DNA of 64,000 nt from positions 37,964 to 101,963 of the IMG/VR virus record IMGVR_UViG_3300012016_000699; one strand, given 5' to 3'. The notes beneath the pieces were generated by a model. It had not been told where the DNA came from and searched no databases. It saw nothing but the letters and a program-made list of their open reading frames with translations. The stretch comes from a virus (Duplodnaviria > Caudoviricetes). Every line of letters starts with the position of its first letter. The first letter of the stretch is position 1. The position numbers were made by a program, and so were the translations under genes. Positions 54,576 through 63,172 of this stretch are shown in pieces.

Positions 54576-54995
54576 TTAACCTTGGTTCTTCTCAGGATTG
54601 TAGTTGATAATCATGGCTAGCTCGGTTCTGAACTTTTTCTCACCTTTGCTGAACCAGTTGATGCGGTTGACGGGAATTTCCTCCAGCCCCTTGACTTTCC
54701 AGCCACGCTTCTGAAACTCGCCCAGCATATCCATGAGGGCTGTACTCTTGTTGGTGACGGCAAACTCGGTGAAGCCGAACTTTCTGAAAGCATCGAGTGT
54801 CGGATCAATTTCATCGTCCCGCAGGTGACAGGCGATAGTCAGGTAGTCGCTTCCGCACTCCTTGGCATTCCGGTAAGCATCTGCTACAAGACCGACATAC
54901 TCGGGGTTTCCATACTCTGCCAGATACTCGTCGAGGTCTATGTCGTTTCTTTCAGCACTGGCGATAATGTCTTCGATTAACTTTACTTCTTTCAT
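54576..54995 (-). CDS. Hypothetical phage protein heading the PRTRC operon (start revised to ATG 54995)
   Basis: FRKFGFTEFAVTNKST..GWKVKGL. Confidence 0.7.
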   Translation of the reverse strand: MKEVKLIEDIIASAERNDIDLDEYLAEYGNPEYVGLVADAYRNAKECGSDYLTIACHLRDDEIDPTLDAFRKFGFTEFAVTNKSTALMDMLGEFQKRGWKVKGLEEIPVNRINWFSKGEKKFRTELAMIINYNPEKNQG

Positions 54996-55034
54996 GACTT
55001 TCCTGCTTTTGATTGTTATTACTGGTGTCCTTTG

Positions 55035-55065
55035 AAAGTCCCCGCCCCCGAAGGGGCTGAGGGAC
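55035..55065 (-). terminator. Hairpin/weak terminator
   Basis: gtccc..gcccc-ttcg-ggggc..gggac then ttt (UUCG loop). Confidence 0.6.
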
Positions 55066-55076
55066 AACAGAACAAT

Positions 55077-55337
55077 TTAGCTTGCAATTTGTTTGCGTAG
55101 GGATTTGAGAATACCCTCGACAGTCTCTATATCAACATTAATACCGAAAAACAAGTCGCATGGGTATTCAAGATATACATCGCCACTCTCGACATTGAAA
55201 GAGACAACTTCTTCTTTTCCTCCGTTGAGAGCTACCGGCTCTGTGAGGTCTACAACTCCAAACTCGTTGGCGAGGTTGTTTTCTTTGACCAGCTTCTCGA
55301 TTTCATTCACGAGGTTTTGATAATTCTGAGTGTTCAT
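55077..55337 (-). CDS. Hypothetical protein (start revised to ATG 55337)
   Basis: First gene behind promoter copy 5; starts MNTQN like 39532..39906. Confidence 0.65.
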   Translation of the reverse strand: MNTQNYQNLVNEIEKLVKENNLANEFGVVDLTEPVALNGGKEEVVSFNVESGDVYLEYPCDLFFGINVDIETVEGILKSLRKQIAS

Positions 55338-55470
55338 AATGTTGTTCTGTTTAAATTGTTTGATTATTATCTTATTTGCACTACAAAGATACAAATAAAT
55401 AATCAAATATGCAAGTTTTTACGGGTTTAATTTTATCTTATCTGCTAAAAATAGTTAATCAAATATACAA
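55338..55470 (-). promoter_or_regulatory. Repeated promoter/leader, copy 5
   Basis: TATCTTTG at 55384-55391; leader nearly identical to copy 2. Confidence 0.9.
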
Positions 55471-56070
55471 TCCAGCCCGACGTTTGGCCATTAGGACAAA
55501 GAACTGCTGCTGACACTCCATTGGTAAGCTGCTAAGGGCTATACGGGCATTAACACCCTTGCCAGTACAGCGGTCGTCATGCCAGCCGGCCATGATGCAA
55601 TGCTTGTCATCTTCGGGGAACTGAAGCTCAATGACCTCCCTCCAGTTCCCGTTATAGTAGAAACGCGGTGCCTCGCTCTCGGTGAACTTGTATTTCTCAC
55701 CACGCCTACCCATATTCATTATGGCACTGCGCATGAGCTTGCCCATTTCGTGGATGCGAAAGGCGAAGTCGCCGAACCTGCGCTGGCAGTGTTCCTGCTT
55801 CACGGCTTCGTGGATTTTCAACTGTTCCTTCACGGTGAACTCACACCAGACAGGCTTGCGGGCGGTGTCCGCAGGACTCAGATCCTCGGCAAAGCATCGG
55901 CATGTGACCACTCCTTCCCTGGCCACTACCTCACGGATGGGGAAGAATACATTCTCCTTCTCACGGACGATGTCGCATCTGCCGTGGAGGATGATGCGTG
56001 ACTCGTCATAGTTGTAGAGCATGACGCTGAGGTCGTGCTCTATCTCGATTGATGTTTCAAGTCTTTTCAT
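55459..56070 (-). CDS. Hypothetical protein
   Basis: ATGA coupling. Confidence 0.65.
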   Translation of the reverse strand: MKRLETSIEIEHDLSVMLYNYDESRIILHGRCDIVREKENVFFPIREVVAREGVVTCRCFAEDLSPADTARKPVWCEFTVKEQLKIHEAVKQEHCQRRFGDFAFRIHEMGKLMRSAIMNMGRRGEKYKFTESEAPRFYYNGNWREVIELQFPEDDKHCIMAGWHDDRCTGKGVNARIALSSLPMECQQQFFVLMAKRRAGLYI

Positions 56071-57095
56071 TTTTTCTTTGATTCTGCTATCTTTGTTAGT
56101 AAACTGATAATCTTGATTAGATCCGTCTCTTCAAGGTCGTCGATACGGATATCCTGGTACTCAGGTTCAGCATACCCGACAAGTGAGTGTGTCCTTGCAT
56201 TCACTTCAGGCATACGGCTTTCCACCTTCCCGTCCTTTCCGAGAAACGACCCGATGCTGATGATATCAACGGAGCTGTCGTCATAGCGGACAGTCAAAGG
56301 CTGGAAACCATATCTATCCAGCTCCACGCATCGCTGGCCTATCTCCTCAATCTTGGATATGACAGCAAGCACCTTGCTCATATTATTCCTGCGCCTTACG
56401 GGCTTCACCTTCTTCGTCAGACCATCCAGCCCCTTGCCTTTGCTGAAAAGCTTTTCGACGAACGGGTATTGCCCAGGGTGGTCCTTTATCAGATTCTCCA
56501 CACTGATACCAGGCTTGCTCAGCTCATCCTGCCTGCGTTTTTCGTGTTCTTCCTCCTCCCTGCGGATTGTGTCACGGGTACGGTCTGCCATGAAAGCATC
56601 GAGGCTTACAAGGATTTTCTGCCCGTCCACTGCTCCGTACCATTTCTCGTACTTCCCCCTGCGGAGCCTGCCGCAGAAAAGGGAGAACTCCAGGAGGTTG
56701 AGGTTCGGGTAGAGTCCGTAGATCTGCTCGCCTATGGCTATCAGCTGCTCGGTACTGAGACGCTGCTGTACGTTGGAGAAGCTGTTGACGACCTCCAGCT
56801 GTGCCTTTATCCAGTCCACGGCCACACACTGGTTGCCGTATGCGCTGGCCACCTCGCTGAGCGTCGGCACGTCAGGCCTGTCGGAGATTAGCGTGATGTC
56901 GCGCACCCTGCCGTCGAGGAATCCCTGCAGGTCCGGGCTGTATTGCTTATAGAGCTGGGAGGGAGGAGTGCTACTGGCCAGAGCCGCCGCCAATGCCGTG
57001 TTCCCGTTCCCATTGCTCGTCGTAGCCAGCGATGTTAGAAGCGATCTCAGCCCTTCTGGCGATAGTGGCTGAATCAGTTGATTTCTGTCGTCCAT
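56067..57095 (-). CDS. Replication-module protein (DUF6633-like)
   Basis: PTLSEVASAYG..WIKAQL, YPNLNLLEFSLFCGRLRRGKY..YGAVD. Confidence 0.7.
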   Translation of the reverse strand: MDDRNQLIQPLSPEGLRSLLTSLATTSNGNGNTALAAALASSTPPSQLYKQYSPDLQGFLDGRVRDITLISDRPDVPTLSEVASAYGNQCVAVDWIKAQLEVVNSFSNVQQRLSTEQLIAIGEQIYGLYPNLNLLEFSLFCGRLRRGKYEKWYGAVDGQKILVSLDAFMADRTRDTIRREEEEHEKRRQDELSKPGISVENLIKDHPGQYPFVEKLFSKGKGLDGLTKKVKPVRRRNNMSKVLAVISKIEEIGQRCVELDRYGFQPLTVRYDDSSVDIISIGSFLGKDGKVESRMPEVNARTHSLVGYAEPEYQDIRIDDLEETDLIKIISLLTKIAESKKK

Positions 57096-57954
57096 TTTTT
57101 CTTGTGTTACGTAGTTCAGAAATTATCTCGTTATAGTGCGATGCAATCATAGACACTGAGAAGTTGTTGCTTATCCAGTCCTTGTTGATGGAGGTGAGGA
57201 ACTGCTGCAGGGCTGATATGAGGCTGTTGTCATCCGTCGGCAGTGGTGTCGCCCTCTTCTCACGCGAGAAACGGATCTTGTTCAGCAGTTGCGTCATCTG
57301 TCCCGCATCCTTGGCCGACCAGTAGTATTCGGCATTATACAGTCTCCTATAGACCTCCTCGAAGCAAAGACGTGCCCTTTGGTTCAACGGCGGCGGGCCG
57401 ACAGGCCCTGGCGCCAACCGTCCGTTAGGACATTCTGTTTCTTTGTTATTTTCTATATAGGGGGTATGGGGGGAATTTTCTTTTATTGTTTCTTTATCTT
57501 TCTGTTTGGCGGAAGTTTGGTGAGACTTTGGTGAGACAGTACTATTGTCATGCTCTGAACCATCTGATAATCCGTCAGTTACACCACCTTCTACTTTGGC
57601 GGAACTTTGGTGAGACTTTGGTGATGTAGTACGCTTCTTAGAGGGTACTTTGGCGTAACTTTGGTGAGTATCGTCCGTCAGACATACGTAATCTCCTGTA
57701 AATCCGACAGTTGTACCTACTCCACGTTTGGCGGAACTTTGGTGGAGAATATTCTTCTTTTTGAGCATGTCAAAAGCGGTTCTGATTGACCACTCACTTT
57801 CTCCGAGGTCATTGGCCACGGTCTTGCGGTCGAACTCCACTGTAGCCTTGCCGAGGATCCTCGCCTTGTCGACGAGGTACAGCAGGAGCTTCATGGCACA
57901 GCCTTTGTACCACCACGTCCCGTCAAGGATGGAAATGTTCAGCTCGATCTTCAT
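56971..57954 (-). CDS. Replication initiator/replisome organiser
   Basis: N-terminal wHTH, internal HQSSAK repeats (iterons), YYWSAKDAGQM..LLNKI. Confidence 0.75.
   Translation of the reverse strand: MKIELNISILDGTWWYKGCAMKLLLYLVDKARILGKATVEFDRKTVANDLGESEWSIRTAFDMLKKKNILHQSSAKRGVGTTVGFTGDYVCLTDDTHQSYAKVPSKKRTTSPKSHQSSAKVEGGVTDGLSDGSEHDNSTVSPKSHQTSAKQKDKETIKENSPHTPYIENNKETECPNGRLAPGPVGPPPLNQRARLCFEEVYRRLYNAEYYWSAKDAGQMTQLLNKIRFSREKRATPLPTDDNSLISALQQFLTSINKDWISNNFSVSMIASHYNEIISELRNTRKNGRQKSTDSATIARRAEIASNIAGYDEQWEREHGIGGGSGQ
57476..57747. repeat. Iteron array plus AT-rich tract (probable origin)
   Basis: tttggcg(g/t)aa(c/g)tttggtg at 57505, 57595, 57649 and 57727, next to a T-rich tract. Confidence 0.8.
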
Positions 57955-58406
57955 CGCAGGTAGGTGTTTATCTCTTTGATGAAGTCATCTACAGATCGGC
58001 ATACGACGTACTTCTGGCCAACGGCCTGCACTGCCTTCATCCACGCTTTCTGCGCCGGACGCTGCACACCGATGGGGGTCTTCAATTCCACGCACAGGCA
58101 ACCGTAGCCGTGTCTTGGAACAAGCAGGATAAGGTCAGCTACGCCGTTACACACGCCGTTAGCCTTCATCTGGGGCTTAGAGTAAGACACCCCGGCAGTC
58201 TCGTTAGGCACATGAAAAAGCAGCCCCTGGTTCGCCAGCTCTGGATAGAGCCTTCGGAACTCAGCGACACATACCATCTGCAGCTGCTTTTCGCTAATTG
58301 GGAGGTGCTTCAGGTCTTTGACACGCATGGTGTCACTGCTCAGCATCCTGTGTATTTCTCTTGGGCACGGTTTCCTTTCCGGCCTCTTAGGTTCTTTCTT
58401 ATCCAT
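57951..58406 (-). CDS. VRR-NUC domain nuclease (start revised to ATG 58406)
   Basis: EKQLQ, FHVPNE, GVADL, VELKT..Q..Q; TGATG overlap. Confidence 0.85.
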   Translation of the reverse strand: MDKKEPKRPERKPCPREIHRMLSSDTMRVKDLKHLPISEKQLQMVCVAEFRRLYPELANQGLLFHVPNETAGVSYSKPQMKANGVCNGVADLILLVPRHGYGCLCVELKTPIGVQRPAQKAWMKAVQAVGQKYVVCRSVDDFIKEINTYLR

Positions 58407-59635
58407 CAGAAGAAGATATTTGTTAGTTGCGTCCATATTCCGTCGATGTAACCCTTCACCTGCCATTCTCCGGCAGACGGGCAGGTCAGCCATAGGTGTT
58501 CCACATGACCAAAGCGCCGCACGTTGCCGCACAGGTCGATGAACCACGGCTCCTTACCCTGGTACGGACGGAGCAGACGGCCTACAATCTGGTAGTACAT
58601 AGCCAGCGACATCGTCGGTCTTGCCATCACGACGGTGTCGAGTGCCGGGAAGTCGAAACCTGTTGTCAGTACACCGACGTTGGCCACGACGCGGATGGTG
58701 CCTGCCTTGAACTCCTGCAGGATCCTGTCACGCTCGTTCTGGTTTGTCTCGCCGGACACATAGGCACAGTTCTGGAAACAGCCAGTCAGGCCTTCAGCCT
58801 CCGACAAGGTATGGCAGAACACGAGGACGTGCTTACGCCCTGCGTTGAGCAGCCGCCGCACGATGCTGACAAGGTATGAGTACATGCCGACATAACGGAA
58901 GCTGCGTTGTACGCTATCCACGTCATAGTCCATACCTGTCGTGTTACGCTGTAGCTTCGACCTCGCATCAAGGAACGACTGAGGTGTGACATCGTAGTAC
59001 TTCACCTCAGCGAGGTAGCCCTGCTGAAGCAAGTCCCACACCTGGCAGTAGTAAAGCAGCTCCTTGAATACCTTGGGCTTCATGCGCGTCAGGAAGCGCA
59101 AGATGGCCCCACGCTGCATTTCAGGCTCATCAAACACGTTCTTGATAACCTTTCCGTCAGGACCTTTTACCGGGACTCTGGTGGAGCCGAGGATATACGG
59201 TGTTGCGGTCAGTCCCAGCACCTTGCGCTTTGTCTTCTTGATAAAGTCCACATACTGCCCCTCCTTGGGGTTCACTCTGTGCGCCTCGTCAATGATGATG
59301 TTCCGGAAGTGGTCGAAGGAGTCGATATCGTTCATAACACTCTGGATGGTGGCAAAGGTAATCTTGCTGATGTCCTTGTGCTTCATCGAGGCAGAGTAGA
59401 TGCTGCACTCCTTTCCGTAGGAGCACATCTTTTCGTAGTTCTGTGCCAGGATCTCCTTGTTAGGCTGCAGGACGAGCGTGTCGCCATTGAGCCTGTTAGC
59501 GATATCGGCCACGACAAGGGACTTTCCGCTGCCCGTCGGCAATACCTCCAGGCCGTGCCAGTCCCCCTTCGTCTGGAAGAAGTTCACGCCTGCATCCGAG
59601 GCCTGCTGTTGATAGGGTCGAAGTGAATATGCCAT
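58406..59635 (-). CDS. Superfamily 2 DEAH helicase
   Basis: LRPYQ, PTGSGKS, DEAH, GLTATP, GFDFP, QIVGR. Confidence 0.92.
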   Translation of the reverse strand: MAYSLRPYQQQASDAGVNFFQTKGDWHGLEVLPTGSGKSLVVADIANRLNGDTLVLQPNKEILAQNYEKMCSYGKECSIYSASMKHKDISKITFATIQSVMNDIDSFDHFRNIIIDEAHRVNPKEGQYVDFIKKTKRKVLGLTATPYILGSTRVPVKGPDGKVIKNVFDEPEMQRGAILRFLTRMKPKVFKELLYYCQVWDLLQQGYLAEVKYYDVTPQSFLDARSKLQRNTTGMDYDVDSVQRSFRYVGMYSYLVSIVRRLLNAGRKHVLVFCHTLSEAEGLTGCFQNCAYVSGETNQNERDRILQEFKAGTIRVVANVGVLTTGFDFPALDTVVMARPTMSLAMYYQIVGRLLRPYQGKEPWFIDLCGNVRRFGHVEHLWLTCPSAGEWQVKGYIDGIWTQLTNIFF

Positions 59636-59661
59636 ATGATTCTATTTGAAATGGGGAAATA

Positions 59662-59688
59662 GGCGGAGCCGCAGGGGACAGCTCCGCC
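59662..59688 (-). terminator. Hairpin/weak terminator
   Basis: ggcggagc / gctccgcc. Confidence 0.5.
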
Positions 59689-59711
59689 GATAATTAGTAT
59701 GTTTAAGCTGG

Positions 59712-60620
59712 CTATTCGCCGCCAGTCTCCTCTCCACCAGCGTCTTGAGCCTCCCCCTCGGAATCCTGCGCTGTCTCTTCTTCCTCCGGCTGAGGACGCT
59801 CCACACCAGGCTCATAGACCTCGGTAATCTCGCTGTCCTCAACGAAGATTGTGTAGCCTGTAGGCAGCTCGTGTTCACCGTCACCGTCGAACTTGTCGCC
59901 GACCTTCGGCTCGTACTTCGTCGATGCGCGGCGGTCAACGGAGATAATCTTGCGGTTCTCCACGGTGACAACCGATTCCTCGTCCATGGTGTAGGTACCG
60001 TCCTCGTTGCTGGTCTCGTCACCTTCCTCCGGGAAGCCGCCGTGACGTGAGACGATAAGCTCAACCTTGCTGCCCTCATCGTCGATCACATTGTAAACAG
60101 TTTCAAAGGGGAACGACTGCTCCAGATCATCGCCCGTGACATTGCGCTGGAACACGCAGTGGCCGTCGCTCTGGGCGAAGAAGTACACCTTGTGGTTCTT
60201 GAGGTCGAGCACTTTCACGCAGGGCTCGTAAACCTCCTTGGTGCCCTTGCGGATATTGCTCGTCACGTCGTTCATCTGCGTCTGCAGGGACTTGATCTGG
60301 TCACCGAGGCTCTTGACAACAGCCGCCTTCTCCTCCGTCTTGGCCATGAGGTCGAGGTTCAGCTCATAGAGGTCGTTCTTCATTGCGTTCTCCTCCTTCT
60401 CCGTCAGCGCACGGTCGAAGTAGCGGTTCATCACGCCCTTGCCGTATTCCTCGAAGAAGTTGGAACGCTCCTCCTCATTCATGCCGTCCAGCATGTCCGG
60501 GGAGAACTCGATTTCAGCCTGCTCTTCCTTGTTCTCTACCTGCTGCTCCTCAGCAGCCTCCTTGTTCTCGTTCTCATTGAACAGCTCCTGCGTCTGCTCC
60601 TGGTTCTTGTTCTCTTCCAT
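59712..60620 (-). CDS. Acidic early protein with two scaffold-like beta repeats
   Basis: Coiled-coil N-half; C-half EGD..DGTYTM..VVTV..I and VGD..DGEHEL..IFVE..ITEV. Confidence 0.75.
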   Translation of the reverse strand: MEENKNQEQTQELFNENENKEAAEEQQVENKEEQAEIEFSPDMLDGMNEEERSNFFEEYGKGVMNRYFDRALTEKEENAMKNDLYELNLDLMAKTEEKAAVVKSLGDQIKSLQTQMNDVTSNIRKGTKEVYEPCVKVLDLKNHKVYFFAQSDGHCVFQRNVTGDDLEQSFPFETVYNVIDDEGSKVELIVSRHGGFPEEGDETSNEDGTYTMDEESVVTVENRKIISVDRRASTKYEPKVGDKFDGDGEHELPTGYTIFVEDSEITEVYEPGVERPQPEEEETAQDSEGEAQDAGGEETGGE

Positions 60621-60939
60621 TTTCTTCCAGTTGTTTCTTGTTTCTATAATGGGTTAAAAGCATTTCTCTCACGGTGTCGTTCTTGTCAAGCAAGTTGACG
60701 AGGCCTTTGAGAATATCCTCTTCTTTTCCGGCCACGCCGAAGGACAAGTCCTTGCCGTTGCTGGCAATGAAGAGGAAAGAATTAGGGGATTTCTCCGTCA
60801 CGCGGGGACGGACTTCACGAACTGCACGGGCCACACAGTTAAGGAACGGCTCGTTACCATTGACTTTCGGTCTGTCGAAAATCGGGATTCCTTCTACGAA
60901 TTTTACCATATTTCTGTTGAATTTAGGGCTGGAGGTCAT
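60574..60939 (-). CDS. Hypothetical protein
   Basis: ATGA coupling. Confidence 0.6.
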   Translation of the reverse strand: MTSSPKFNRNMVKFVEGIPIFDRPKVNGNEPFLNCVARAVREVRPRVTEKSPNSFLFIASNGKDLSFGVAGKEEDILKGLVNLLDKNDTVREMLLTHYRNKKQLEENGREQEPGADAGAVQ

Positions 60940-61913
60940 ACGGCCTCCAGCTGGTTAAAGATCTTCTTGTCTGTAATCTGGTCCCTGTGTCCCTTTATCC
61001 ACTCCACGAAGCTCTCGACCATGTATGTCAGCTTCTCCACACACTCGTCATGGTCGTAGGCATAGAACTCGGGATAGTAGTCGAATCCGTACACGTCAAA
61101 ACTGGTGAACTGTGGTATTTGCTCGATGTAGTTCTCCTTCTTGCCGCCGGACGCCAGTATCTTATCTATATCCACCTGTCGCTTGGTGGCAGGGTCGAAG
61201 TACGACGGCTTGATTTCGCACCAGTTCCACAGGTCGCTGTCCTGCATGATAGCCGGAGACTTGCGCTTCGTCCACTTCAGCACGGAATACTCGAAGGCGA
61301 GGATGTCCTTCATCTGGCCAGACTCGATCAGGCAGTACGGATAGACGAACCGTTGCCAGTGGTCCTCGAACTTGCCGAAGGTGTAGTAGCCTCCCGTCGT
61401 CTTGAGGTCATATACCACGTCGCGCTTCAGCTCGTCGATGTAGCCGTACAGCTCCACGTTGCCGTAGGCAGTAGGCAGAATCCCCTTGACGAAGAGCTGA
61501 CAGCAGCTGCCCTTGAAGAAGTCGGCGATGTTCCTCGCACTTGTGAGGTCGTAGTGGAAGAACTCCACGGACCCGTCTGGCTGCTGAAAACGGGCTGCTA
61601 TAAGCCCGTGCTCACGGAACGTCTTGAAGGTGATGTCGTCACGGAACGACTTACGGCCACGGTGCAGACAGTCCACAAGCTCGTTGAACACAGTGCCGTT
61701 GTCGGCGGCCAGCGAATGGAACGGCACACGGTTGATGGAGTTGAGGAGACTCTGGGTTGCCTCGTCCTCTATTTGCGCAAGTGTCTTCTTGTAGTCGCCG
61801 GTCTCGCGGTCGATGTTCCACGGAGCCTCCAGATCCTTCTCCGCATTGAGAAGCGTCTGATACTTGTCGAGCAGGGAAGGGTATATCCTGTATGCTATTC
61901 CTTCCCTGTTCAT
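60936..61913 (-). CDS. PD-(D/E)XK nuclease-like partner of Sak4
   Basis: YPSLLD, YGYIDEL..VYDLKTT, WQRFVY. Confidence 0.75.
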   Translation of the reverse strand: MNREGIAYRIYPSLLDKYQTLLNAEKDLEAPWNIDRETGDYKKTLAQIEDEATQSLLNSINRVPFHSLAADNGTVFNELVDCLHRGRKSFRDDITFKTFREHGLIAARFQQPDGSVEFFHYDLTSARNIADFFKGSCCQLFVKGILPTAYGNVELYGYIDELKRDVVYDLKTTGGYYTFGKFEDHWQRFVYPYCLIESGQMKDILAFEYSVLKWTKRKSPAIMQDSDLWNWCEIKPSYFDPATKRQVDIDKILASGGKKENYIEQIPQFTSFDVYGFDYYPEFYAYDHDECVEKLTYMVESFVEWIKGHRDQITDKKIFNQLEAV

Positions 61914-62875
61914 GCCGCAGACGTGTACTTGGAACTCAGTTTGTCATACTTCAGTCCGAGCGAGGTACACTTCTCATGGAGCACCTGCTTCCAGTAGAGC
62001 TCACTGTCGAATATGACCTCAAGGCCGGACAGCTCCGTGAACATGGCGTTTGCCGAGTCCGCATCCTTGACGGTGGCCACCTTCTCGTCGATGACCTCCT
62101 TCAACGTGTCGTACTGCGCCAGCTGGTTGTTGCGCTCCGACTGCGACATCGTGTACATGCGGATAATGTCGGTGAGGAACGTGTTGCGGATGACGTGCCC
62201 CTTGGCATCCTTGGCCATGTCGCCCTTCTCGTCGAGGATGACGGGAACCTTCAGCTTCGGCGGGAGGTTGCACGCGTTCTTTGCGTAGTAGCGCTCGTTG
62301 GGGGTGAAGCTTATGACACGGTCGTTGCCGATGATCTCCAGGTAGCCGACGAGGTCGAGCTCCTTGATGAGGTCTCCGGCGGATGAGCCACCGATCTCAG
62401 GGCGTATCTTCTTGATCTCGCCGTCCTTCTCCTCACGGTCGTGGGCGATGAAGACAAGGTTCTTGCCCATCGTCAGCACCTGCTGGATGAAGTTGTTGAA
62501 CATCACCTTGCGGACGCCGTACTCATTCAGGGTCAGTGAACGGGTCGGGTTACGGTCACGGCTGCCTGCGATGATGAACTTGTCCATGAAGGACAGCATC
62601 TTGCCTGCAGTGTCGATGACGATGGTCTTGAAATCCTTCACCTCATCACTCTGGAGCGCCTGCCCCACTTCAGACCAGTCCGTCACCTGGAGGATCTCGA
62701 CTTCCGAGAGGTGTGCGGCATTCACACGCTGGATTCCGCCGTCGAAGTCAAACACTGCCACAGGCCCAGGGGCGCTTACTGCAAGACTTGACTTGCCTGC
62801 ACCAGGCTGTCCGTACACGAGGATGCTGATAGTTTTCTTCTCCGTCAGCTCAGAGGCTTTCTTAAATAATCCCAT
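61910..62875 (-). CDS. Sak4-like AAA recombinase
   Basis: YGQPGAGKS, TIVIDT, FIAH, ELDLVGY, YAKN. Confidence 0.88.
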   Translation of the reverse strand: MGLFKKASELTEKKTISILVYGQPGAGKSSLAVSAPGPVAVFDFDGGIQRVNAAHLSEVEILQVTDWSEVGQALQSDEVKDFKTIVIDTAGKMLSFMDKFIIAGSRDRNPTRSLTLNEYGVRKVMFNNFIQQVLTMGKNLVFIAHDREEKDGEIKKIRPEIGGSSAGDLIKELDLVGYLEIIGNDRVISFTPNERYYAKNACNLPPKLKVPVILDEKGDMAKDAKGHVIRNTFLTDIIRMYTMSQSERNNQLAQYDTLKEVIDEKVATVKDADSANAMFTELSGLEVIFDSELYWKQVLHEKCTSLGLKYDKLSSKYTSAA

Positions 62876-62960
62876 AATTAAAAAAATTGATTAAGAGTAA
62901 TACAATTCCTATTTGCTTTGCAAAGATAGTCATATATTCTGATATACGATTGCAGAAACT
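62876..62960 (-). promoter_or_regulatory. Divergent promoter/leader (copy 6) of the recombination operon
   Basis: TATCTTTG at 62921-62928; leader AAGCAAATAGGAATTGTATTA. Confidence 0.65.
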
Positions 62961-62968
62961 TGGATATT

Positions 62969-63172
62969 TTACGATTTTATATCGTAATTATTACGACCTT
63001 GTTTCCGATAGAGTCTGTGCCACAAATTCTTGATTTTGTCATTTTTGAGGTAGCAAAACGTCCCGACTGCGATAGCTGCGACCGGAAAAATCCAGCTTCC
63101 CGTGACAGATGCGCATGCAACCGCAAAGGCTGCAGCTTCCTCTTTCCATGACGGCACCTGAAAATCATCCAT
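62969..63172 (-). CDS. Small membrane protein (start revised to ATG 63172)
   Basis: TAATG coupling; hydrophobic core. Confidence 0.5.
   Translation of the reverse strand: MDDFQVPSWKEEAAAFAVACASVTGSWIFPVAAIAVGTFCYLKNDKIKNLWHRLYRKQGRNNYDIKS

Noticed and set aside
38629-55406. Shared N-terminal peptide YLCIANKMIIK in three track ORFs
   Set aside because: Artefact of reading through the repeated promoter; true starts are the downstream ATGs.
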